Assembly: GCA_018400815.1 (NCBI GenBank) | Contig: JAGYLS010000035.1 | Location: 1 to 17,661, forward strand | Direction: 5' to 3' | DNA: 17,661 nucleotides | From: Candidatus Oleincola secundus | Lineage (GTDB): Bacteria > Atribacterota > Phoenicimicrobiia > Phoenicimicrobiales > Stramentimicrobiaceae | Part shown: one piece after another, positions 1 to 6,751 of the stretch | How the letters are laid out: every line of letters starts with the position of its first letter | How positions within the stretch are numbered: the stretch's first letter is position 1 | Notes under the pieces: generated by a model | Database searches by the model: none | What the model saw: the letters and a program-made list of their open reading frames with translations, nothing else | What the model was told of the DNA's origin: nothing | Position numbers and translations under genes: made by a program

Positions 1-25
1 TCCTAATAGATCGAAGGCTTGACCG
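1..25 (+). rRNA. rrl: 23S rRNA, 3' terminal fragment (truncated by window start)
   Basis: CTAATAGATCGAAGGCTTGACC matches the conserved bacterial 23S 3' end (CTAATAGxTCGAGGGCTTGACC-like) and lies about 125 nt upstream of a 5S gene. The exact mature end is uncertain by a few nt. Confidence 0.85.
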
Positions 26-44
26 TATCACTCTATAAAATAAC

Positions 45-123
45 AGTATTGCGTGATGCGTATTGCGTACTGCGTGGAAAGAAAAAATCTTTCCGCACGA
101 CGCACGACTCAATACGCACGACT
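45..123. repeat. Inverted pair of heptamer tandem arrays around a central hairpin in the 23S-5S spacer
   Basis: 46-73 reads GTATTGC GTGATGC GTATTGC GTACTGC (GTnnTGC x4). 95-122 reads GCACGAC GCACGAC TCAATAC GCACGAC (GCAnnAC x4, the reverse-complement consensus). The central stem is GGAAAGA(76-82)/TCTTTCC(88-94) with an A5 loop. Confidence 0.85.
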
Positions 124-148
124 TAACATACCTTTCTATTTATTCGGT

Positions 149-266
149 TTCCCGGTGGTCATAGCGGAGGGGAACCACCTGTTCCCATCCCGAACACAGC
201 AGTTAAGCCCTCCAGCGCCGATGGTACTGCAGTTTTTTCTGTGGGAGAGTAGGACACTGCCGGGAA
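149..266 (+). rRNA. rrf: 5S rRNA
   Basis: Terminal helix TTCCCGGTGG...CTGCCGGGAA, conserved CCCATCCCGAACAC, AGTTAAGC, CGCCGATGGTACT and GGGAGAGTAGG; about 118 nt. Confidence 0.97.
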
Positions 267-348
267 TTTTTTATTGGGAGGAAAGTATGACTTTTTTCAT
301 TCAACTTTCTCTGCATTATCAGATTATCAACAATTAAAAAATAAATAA

Positions 349-552
349 ATGTTCCAAAAAATATGCCAGAAAATAAATGTTCAGCCTGACAAGATATTGC
401 ATATTGGCGATAGTGATGATTATCTTGCTGCTAAAGAGGCAGGTTTAAAAAGTTTGTTAATAGAGCGCTATCAATTGGGATATCAACAAAAATACCATAA
501 TGATGTTATTAAAAAATTATCCGAAGTCATGTCCAAATTGGTTTTGTTATAA
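349..552 (+). pseudogene. C-terminal remnant of a HAD-superfamily hydrolase
   Basis: 67 aa carrying a HAD motif IV-like segment (ILHIGDSDDYLAAKEAGL) but no motif I (DxD) or cap domain. No SD precedes 349, and there is no room upstream before the 5S gene. Confidence 0.6.
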
Positions 553-573
553 GTAATTGTGAAAGGTAAACTA

Positions 574-1419
574 ATGCCAGAACTCCCTGAAGTAGAAACT
601 GTAAAAAGAGGTCTGGAAAAAGAGATAATTAACAAGAAAATAGCAAAGATCCAGGTAAACATTCCCAGCCTCATCAAAAAACCAGAAATTGTTGAATTTA
701 TGACCCGGCTAAAGAATACCATGGTTATAAGTATAAAAAGACGGGGAAAATATATAATAATTCTATTTAATACAATGGATTATCTTGTTGTTCACCTGGG
801 CATGAGTGGACGATTGTTGTTTCAACCAAAAAAATTGCCTCCTTCAAAAATATCAAAAACAATGGAAAAACATAATCATATCCTCTTTTTCTTCGAAGAT
901 GGAAGTAAGATAATTTATAATGATGTTAGAAAATTTGGGAAAATGTGGTTGCTTGAAAAGGATGAAAATTTATCGAGAATTGAATCTTTAGGTTTCGAAC
1001 CATTGGGATCTTGTTTTACCGTTAGTAAATTCTATCGAATGCTTCAAGAAAGTAAGGTTAACATAAAATCATTTTTGATGAATCAAAAAAATATTGCCGG
1101 AATTGGTAATATATATGCTAATGAGATTCTGTTCCATGCCGGTGTCAATCCTCTTCGAAAAGCCAATTCTTTAACAAAAGATGAAGTAAAAAGAATGCAT
1201 CTGCAGACTAAAAATATTTTATTAAAAGCTATTTCTTCAGGAGGGACCACGATGATTGACGAATCTTATCTTGATTTAAGCGGGAATAGGGGAGAATATG
1301 GAAAAGAGATTATGGTTTATGGTAAAAAAGCAGGCATATGCCCGCTATGTGGACAACCCTTAGAAGTGGTTAGAATTGAAAATAGAAGTACTTTTTTGTG
1401 CCCAAACTGTCAAAAATAA
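574..1419 (+). CDS. mutM: Formamidopyrimidine-DNA glycosylase/AP lyase (Fpg/MutM)
   Basis: MPELPEVE N-terminus (start moved to ATG 574, SD AAAGGT 562-567), RRGKY, HLGMSG, GIGNIYANE H2TH motif, C-terminal zinc finger CPLC...CPNCQ. Confidence 0.97.
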   Translation: MPELPEVETVKRGLEKEIINKKIAKIQVNIPSLIKKPEIVEFMTRLKNTMVISIKRRGKYIIILFNTMDYLVVHLGMSGRLLFQPKKLPPSKISKTMEKHNHILFFFEDGSKIIYNDVRKFGKMWLLEKDENLSRIESLGFEPLGSCFTVSKFYRMLQESKVNIKSFLMNQKNIAGIGNIYANEILFHAGVNPLRKANSLTKDEVKRMHLQTKNILLKAISSGGTTMIDESYLDLSGNRGEYGKEIMVYGKKAGICPLCGQPLEVVRIENRSTFLCPNCQK

Positions 1420-1451
1420 AAAATTAGAGCATTGGAAAATATTTTAAAAAA

Positions 1452-2402
1452 ATGTTAGAAAAAGTTATTTTTTTAGGTACCGGTGCCGGAATGCCGACCA
1501 GGGAAAGAAATGTTGCATCATTAGCTGTTATTTTAAATGATAGCGGTGATTTTTGGTTATTTGATTGCGGAGAAGGAACTCAACACAGAGTAGCTAGTGT
1601 TGGATTAAAACTATCAAGATTAAAGGCTGTATTCATTACCCATTTACATGGTGATCATCTTTTTGGGCTTCCTGGATTACTCGCTACGCGAGGATTGCAG
1701 GGTGTTGAAAGAAAGATCGATCTCTTTGGTCCGATTGGACTGGAAAATTATCTTGATAGTTGTTTTGATTATTCCGGGACATATATTCCCTATTCTTACC
1801 AAATTCACCAGATTGAAAAAGAAAAATTTTATACTAAAAGATTGTTATGGAAAAACGGAAGTGATTCAGTTTACTGTGCATCGCTTAATCATCATGTAGA
1901 TTGTTTTGGCTACTCTATTTTTGAAGAAAACATTAAAAGAAATATTCTCACTGATAAACTGTTGAGATTAGGAATCAAGCCTGGGCCAATCTACAGGAAA
2001 ATCAAAGAAAAAAAGCAAATTACACTTGAAGATGGTAGGATTCTAAAAACATATGGTTTTGTTAAAGAATCAAAAAATATAAAGAAAATATGTTACTGTA
2101 GCGATACCTTGTTTTCAGAAAATGCTATTAAGCTATCTAAAAATGCTGATTTACTGATACATGAAGCAACTTTTTCCAGTAATGAAAAGACTGAAGCAGA
2201 AAAGAGTTTTCATTCCACAATTGAAGATGCTATTAAAGTAGCCAGGCGTGCAAAGGTAAAAAGACTTGTTTTAACCCATATCAGTCCTAGATATCATAAG
2301 TCAGAAGAAAATTATCATAAGTGGAATATATTTAAAGAAGAAGCAACAAGACAATATCCTGGAATTATTTTAGCAGAAGATTTTCTGGAAATAAAAATAT
2401 AG
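1452..2402 (+). CDS. rnz: Ribonuclease Z (tRNase Z, metallo-beta-lactamase fold)
   Basis: FLGTGAGMPT.ERN, FDCGEGTQ, THLHGDH, GP-type flexible arm GIKPGPIY, HEATF, HST, LTHISPRY. Confidence 0.95.
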   Translation: MLEKVIFLGTGAGMPTRERNVASLAVILNDSGDFWLFDCGEGTQHRVASVGLKLSRLKAVFITHLHGDHLFGLPGLLATRGLQGVERKIDLFGPIGLENYLDSCFDYSGTYIPYSYQIHQIEKEKFYTKRLLWKNGSDSVYCASLNHHVDCFGYSIFEENIKRNILTDKLLRLGIKPGPIYRKIKEKKQITLEDGRILKTYGFVKESKNIKKICYCSDTLFSENAIKLSKNADLLIHEATFSSNEKTEAEKSFHSTIEDAIKVARRAKVKRLVLTHISPRYHKSEENYHKWNIFKEEATRQYPGIILAEDFLEIKI

Positions 2403-2479
2403 ATAAAATGATAAATTGGTCTTGAATTTTGTGAATTTTTAAGTTATCTTAAGTAAGTCATGGATTTTAGTAGACTAAC

Positions 2480-2488
2480 TGATATAAT
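2480..2488 (+). promoter_or_regulatory. Putative extended -10 promoter for the ferredoxin gene
   Basis: TGaTATAAT at 2480-2488, about 90 nt upstream of the ATG. The AT-rich context lowers specificity. Confidence 0.5.
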
Positions 2489-2575
2489 TAAAGAAATTTA
2501 ATAACTTATATTCGTATCAGGTTAATTTGCTAAATAGTAAAGTAGAAAATATGAAAATACGGGAGGTGAGATATT

Positions 2576-2761
2576 ATGAAAGCAACCGTTGATGCAGATC
2601 TTTGTACTGGATGTGGGCTCTGCGAAAGCACATGCCCAGAGGTTTTTGAATTACAAGATGATGTAGCAGTTGTTAAAGTAGACACTGTTCCTAAAGATGC
2701 GGAAGAATCTTGCAAACAAGCAGCTGAAGATTGTCCAGTTGAGGCAATTAGTTGTGAATAG
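2576..2761 (+). CDS. Ferredoxin, single [4Fe-4S] cluster type
   Basis: 61 aa acidic protein with CTGCGLCESTCP and CKQAAEDCPVEAI; strong SD GGAGGT at 2562-2567. Confidence 0.95.
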   Translation: MKATVDADLCTGCGLCESTCPEVFELQDDVAVVKVDTVPKDAEESCKQAAEDCPVEAISCE

Positions 2762-2764
2762 ATG

Positions 2765-2810
2765 AAAAAAAGGAAGAGGTTTATACGCCTCTTCCTTAAT
2801 ATTTTAATTT
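2765..2810 (+). terminator. Intrinsic terminator after ferredoxin (possibly bidirectional)
   Basis: Stem AAGGAAGAGGT(2770-2780)/GCCTCTTCCTT(2787-2797), 6-nt loop, A-run upstream, AT/T-rich tail downstream. Confidence 0.8.
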
Positions 2811-2853
2811 TCCCTACCCCAATTTTAGCTTCATTCTTGATACTTCACCATTC

Positions 2854-2862
2854 TGTTATAAT
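2854..2862 (+). promoter_or_regulatory. Putative extended -10 promoter for the ThiI-like/mnmA pair
   Basis: TGtTATAAT at 2854-2862, downstream of the ferredoxin terminator. Confidence 0.45.
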
Positions 2863-2990
2863 AATTTATAATTAAGAACAAATGTTTAATATATAGCGAT
2901 TTATATAATTTAATAAATAAGATAATAGTAAAATATTTTCTGATTCTATGCTAATCTCATGCACATAAAAATAAATGAAAGAAGGTTGTT

Positions 2991-4004
2991 GTGGGCAATA
3001 GAAAAAAAGCAGTAGCACTTTATTCCGGTGGTTTGGATAGCATCTTAGCGATAAAGGTTATATTGCAACAGGATATTGATGTAATAGGAATAAAGTTTGA
3101 AACACCATTTATAGAAAATAAGCCTGATACTTATATAGAGCAAAGTTTAAATATTGTTTTTGTAAGGGAAGATATAAGTAAGGATTTTAAAAAAATTCTC
3201 TTAAACCCCAAACATGGCTATGGAAAGAATGTCAATCCGTGCATTGATTGTCGTATTTTAATGTTTCGGAAGGCAGGGGAAATAATGGAGCGAGAGAAAG
3301 CCTCATTTATTATCAGTGGAGAGGTTCTGGGTCAGAGGCCAATGACTCAAAATAAAAAGAGTCTATTGATGATCAGCGAAGAGTCAGGGTATGGACAGTG
3401 GATTGTAAGGCCCCTTTCTGCCTTATTGTTACCAGAAACTAAGCCGGAGAAACTTAATATTATTAATCGTTTGCAATTACTGGACATTCAAGGCAGGTCA
3501 AGAAAAAGGCAAATAGACCTTGCTAAAAATTGGGGTATTAAGACATATCTAGCTCCAGCAGGAGGATGCAAATTAACTGAGCCAGGGTTTGCAAGGAGAA
3601 TGAAAGATTTGTTGTTGAAGAAAAATTTTAATAAAAATGATATAGATTTATTGAAAGTTGGACGACACTTTGTCCTTCACAAGTATGCTAAATTAGTTGT
3701 CGGGAGAAATGAGAAAGAAAATCAGAAAATATCTTCCCTGGTTCAACCAAAGGATTATGTATTAAATTCACAAAACTTCAAAGGACCTCTTTCCCTATTA
3801 CGTATTTATAATGATTCAGATAGTCATTTTTCTGAGATAGAAAAAATATTAGATTTAGCCAGCAAGATTACTGCAAGGTACTGTGATAAAAATCATGTTA
3901 CAGATCTTGTTGATATTAATATCTGGAATTCCGGTAAAAATATTAATCAAAAAAAGTATGTTCAATCATTATCCGAGCAACAAATTGACTCTTATCTAAT
4001 TTAA
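2991..4004 (+). CDS. ThiI/MnmA-like PP-loop ATP pyrophosphatase without THUMP, with a probable C-terminal DUF814/NFACT-R-like domain (putative RNA thiolase)
   Basis: PP-loop YSGGLDS at the extreme N-terminus, NPCIDCR, SGEVLGQRPMTQ, RPLSA, GGCKLT, and C-terminal VGRHF...KLVVGRNEKEN. GTG start. Confidence 0.8.
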   Translation: MGNRKKAVALYSGGLDSILAIKVILQQDIDVIGIKFETPFIENKPDTYIEQSLNIVFVREDISKDFKKILLNPKHGYGKNVNPCIDCRILMFRKAGEIMEREKASFIISGEVLGQRPMTQNKKSLLMISEESGYGQWIVRPLSALLLPETKPEKLNIINRLQLLDIQGRSRKRQIDLAKNWGIKTYLAPAGGCKLTEPGFARRMKDLLLKKNFNKNDIDLLKVGRHFVLHKYAKLVVGRNEKENQKISSLVQPKDYVLNSQNFKGPLSLLRIYNDSDSHFSEIEKILDLASKITARYCDKNHVTDLVDINIWNSGKNINQKKYVQSLSEQQIDSYLI

Positions 4005-4017
4005 TATGGAGCCCCTG

Positions 4018-5109
4018 ATGAAGAATAAGAAAAGTGTTTTAATAGCAATGAGCGGTGGTATTGACAGCAGCGTTGCGGCATTTTTATTACAAGAAAAAGG
4101 TTATCAGGTTACTGGAATTTATTTTCAACTTGTTGATAGTGAAAAAAACAAAGAATATAGAGAGAAAGAACCAGGCAATTGGTCCTCCGATAGACAAAGA
4201 GTAAGAAAAATTGCCCAAAGATTAGATATTCCCTTACATGAAGTTGATTATCGAAAAGAATTCAATAAAGTTGTTGTTGATGATTTTATTATAAAATACC
4301 AAAGTGGATTAACACCGAATCCCTGTGTTTTGTGTAATGAAAAAGTTAAATTTAGGTTGCTTCTTAATTATGCTTTAAAAAATAGTATACAATTTATTGC
4401 AACAGGTCATTATGTCAGGATTAAAAAGAATCAGAAGCAAGATAAATATCTTTTAAAAAGAGGTTTGGACCGGAAAAAAGATCAATCATATTTTCTTTAT
4501 AGATTAAGTACGAATATTCTATCTAAATGTATATTTCCGCTGGGTAATTTAACGAAAAGAAAGGTAGAGAAGATAGCTTGTGAAATTGGCCTGGAACTTT
4601 CAAACATAAAGGAAAGTCAGGAAATATGTTTTATCCCGGGAAATGATTATCGAAAGCTTATTGAACAGAAATTTTCCCAGCAAGAGAAAAATCAGTCGGG
4701 ATATTTTGTCGATACTTCCGGGAATATTTTGGGCAGACATAAAGGCATTGCCTTTTACACCATTGGTCAAAGAAGGAAAATTGGCCTATCGTTAAATACT
4801 CGAAAATATATTGTTAGAATTAGCCCTAAGAGTAATAATATTGTTATAGGTGATGAACAGGATCTTTACCGAAGAGAATTCAAGTTGGTAGAAGTCCATT
4901 ATATTTCCAGAGCCCCTATTATGGAACCAGTCGAATTACAGGTTCAAATTCGTTATAATACACCTCCAGCTTGTGCAACAATATTTCCCTGCCAAAAAAA
5001 CAGTTTATATGTAATTTTTAATGAGCCTACGCGAGCAATAACACCAGGCCAGTCAGCTGTTTTCTATGATAAGGATATTGTTGTTGGCGGTGGAATTATT
5101 GGTTTTTAG
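4018..5109 (+). CDS. mnmA: tRNA-specific 2-thiouridylase MnmA
   Basis: AMSGGIDSS, TPNPCVLCN, ATGHY, KDQSYFL, ESQEICF, YTIGQRR, AITPGQSAVFY. ATG 4018 has SD GGAG at 4008-4011; the alternative start is 4006. Confidence 0.96.
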   Translation: MKNKKSVLIAMSGGIDSSVAAFLLQEKGYQVTGIYFQLVDSEKNKEYREKEPGNWSSDRQRVRKIAQRLDIPLHEVDYRKEFNKVVVDDFIIKYQSGLTPNPCVLCNEKVKFRLLLNYALKNSIQFIATGHYVRIKKNQKQDKYLLKRGLDRKKDQSYFLYRLSTNILSKCIFPLGNLTKRKVEKIACEIGLELSNIKESQEICFIPGNDYRKLIEQKFSQQEKNQSGYFVDTSGNILGRHKGIAFYTIGQRRKIGLSLNTRKYIVRISPKSNNIVIGDEQDLYRREFKLVEVHYISRAPIMEPVELQVQIRYNTPPACATIFPCQKNSLYVIFNEPTRAITPGQSAVFYDKDIVVGGGIIGF

Positions 5110-5198
5110 ACAAATGGCTCTATTATTTTTAAACCTTTTAAACTAAAAGTCTCACAATTTTATCAAATCGTTTATTAATTAAGTAATAATTTAATAAT

Positions 5199-5227
5199 TT
5201 GACAACATATTTTTATTAATATATAAT
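5199..5227 (+). promoter_or_regulatory. Consensus sigma70/sigmaA promoter of the three-gene operon
   Basis: TTGACA (5199-5204), 17 nt, TATAAT (5222-5227). Confidence 0.88.
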
Positions 5228-5228
5228 G

Positions 5229-5246
5229 TGTACAAAATTGTGTACA
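5229..5246. promoter_or_regulatory. Palindromic operator candidate overlapping the predicted transcription start
   Basis: TGTACAAAATTGTGTACA has 16/18 dyad symmetry; it is also TGTGTACA directly repeated at 5227 and 5239. Confidence 0.7.
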
Positions 5247-5259
5247 GGTATAATTATTT

Positions 5260-5811
5260 ATGAAAATATTCAGAGTTGGTGAGAAAATATTATCTCAGGA
5301 AAAATTGGAACGAGAGATTAATAAAATCTTACATCTACGAACAGATGGACTAACACAAGGGGAAGTGGCCAGAAAATTAGGAATTGAAAGAACCTTTGTT
5401 TCCCGGTTAGAAAGTTTGGGCGAAATAAGAAAAGGCAAGAAAATTGCCCTGGTCGGTTTTCCAATTAAAAATAAATTTGAAATAATGAGGAAAGCTCAAG
5501 AGATAGGTGTTGATTTCTCTTTAATATTAAATAAAAAAGAAAGCAATGACTTTATTGAAAACAAAACAAAGATTGATCTTTTTAACGAGATTATTTCCAT
5601 CATTACCCGTTTAATTGATTTTGATTTAATTGTCTTTTTGGGATCTGATAAAAGAGTAGATGTTGCTGAAAAATTATTCAGCATTCAGGTAATTGGGGTA
5701 GAAATCGGAAAATCGCCAATTAGTGAAGATAAATACGTTGACCCTGAAAGGATTGAAAGTATTTTAAATGAAGTAAAAGTATTGCCGGTAAACAGGAGAG
5801 AAAATATATGA
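5260..5811 (+). CDS. Helix-turn-helix transcriptional regulator with uncharacterised C-terminal alpha/beta domain
   Basis: Xre/Cro-like HTH GLTQGEVARKLGIERTFVSRLE; the stop overlaps the next start (ATGA 5808-5811). Confidence 0.8.
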   Translation: MKIFRVGEKILSQEKLEREINKILHLRTDGLTQGEVARKLGIERTFVSRLESLGEIRKGKKIALVGFPIKNKFEIMRKAQEIGVDFSLILNKKESNDFIENKTKIDLFNEIISIITRLIDFDLIVFLGSDKRVDVAEKLFSIQVIGVEIGKSPISEDKYVDPERIESILNEVKVLPVNRRENI

Positions 5812-6719
5812 AAAAAGTGATGGGGATTAGCTTGGGATCTTCGACCAGAGATCACAAAGCGAAAGTTGAGATATTAGGTCAGGAAGTAGAAATTGAGAGA
5901 AAAGGCACTGACGGTGATGTCAAAAAGATGATGCAATTGTATCAGGAATTTGATGGAAAAGTTGACGTTTTTGCTCTGGGCGGAACAGATTTGTATCTAT
6001 ATTCTGGTCCAAGAGGAAAAAGATATACTATCAGAGAATCTGCCAGGATAGTTAGTGTAATCAAAAAAACTCCAATTGTAGACGGGACTGGCATTAAATA
6101 TGTGCTGGAAAAGGATGTTGTTCGATATGTCAGTCAGAATACAGATATTAATCTTCAAGGCAAAAAAGCCTTACTGCTTATTACAGTAGACCGTTTTGGT
6201 TTAGCCGAAGGGCTTATTGAGGCTGGATGTAAGATGGTTTTTGGTGATCTTATATCTTGTCTTAACATTCCAATACCAATTTATAATTTAAGCACACTTA
6301 ATAAAGTAGCCAGCGTAATAATTCCCATTTTGGTTAATTTACCTATTAAGTATTTGTACCCTACTGGCAAGAAGCAGGAAACATCTAATTCCAAATATGG
6401 CCGTTTTTTTGATGATGCAGATATTATTGCTGGTGATTACATTGCTATAAGTCAATATATGCCCCAAAAAATGAATGGCAAAATTGTGATAACCAACACA
6501 GTGACTTCAAAAAATGTACAGGATTTAAAGGATAGAGGAGTTCAATATCTTATTACCACAACACCACAATTCCAGGGAAGATCTTTCGGTACCAATGTTT
6601 ATCAAGGGACATTGGTTGCTATTTCTGGCAAAAAACCAGAAGAATTAGGTGAACAGGATTACCTTGACTTATTAAAAAAAACAGGCTTTAAACCCAGGAT
6701 TGAAAAATTAAACAATTAG
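5808..6719 (+). CDS. Conserved uncharacterised protein (family I recall being auto-annotated 'quinate 5-dehydrogenase'; function unsupported)
   Basis: 303 aa ORF translationally coupled to the regulator. Motif-like blocks are ISLGSSTRD, GTDGD, ALGGTDLY, PIVDGTG, VDRFG, LYPTG, IIAGD and TTTP..GRSFGTNV. No clear GxGxxG. Confidence 0.65.
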   Translation: MKKVMGISLGSSTRDHKAKVEILGQEVEIERKGTDGDVKKMMQLYQEFDGKVDVFALGGTDLYLYSGPRGKRYTIRESARIVSVIKKTPIVDGTGIKYVLEKDVVRYVSQNTDINLQGKKALLLITVDRFGLAEGLIEAGCKMVFGDLISCLNIPIPIYNLSTLNKVASVIIPILVNLPIKYLYPTGKKQETSNSKYGRFFDDADIIAGDYIAISQYMPQKMNGKIVITNTVTSKNVQDLKDRGVQYLITTTPQFQGRSFGTNVYQGTLVAISGKKPEELGEQDYLDLLKKTGFKPRIEKLNN

Positions 6720-6751
6720 TATAAATTTTAAAAAATAATAGGAGTAAAAAG

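Noticed and set aside
46..122. Repeats as a CRISPR array
   Set aside because: The units are 7 nt with no spacers, and there are no cas genes in the window.
53..337. 94-aa ORF in the track
   Set aside because: It runs through the spacer repeat and the whole 5S rRNA gene, so it is a spurious frame. Only its last 16 codons have an SD.
559..573. GTG start for mutM given in the ORF track
   Set aside because: Fpg needs an N-terminal Pro after Met removal; ATG 574 gives MPELPEV and has an SD.
1452..2402. Thermotoga-type RNase Z cutting after CCA, since all three tRNAs here encode CCA
   Set aside because: The protein has the ordinary GEGTQ motif and a GP-type arm, and three tRNAs are too few to infer anything.
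2429..2446. Rex operator upstream of the ferredoxin (TTGTGAA half-site)
   Set aside because: The second half-site TTCACAA is absent.
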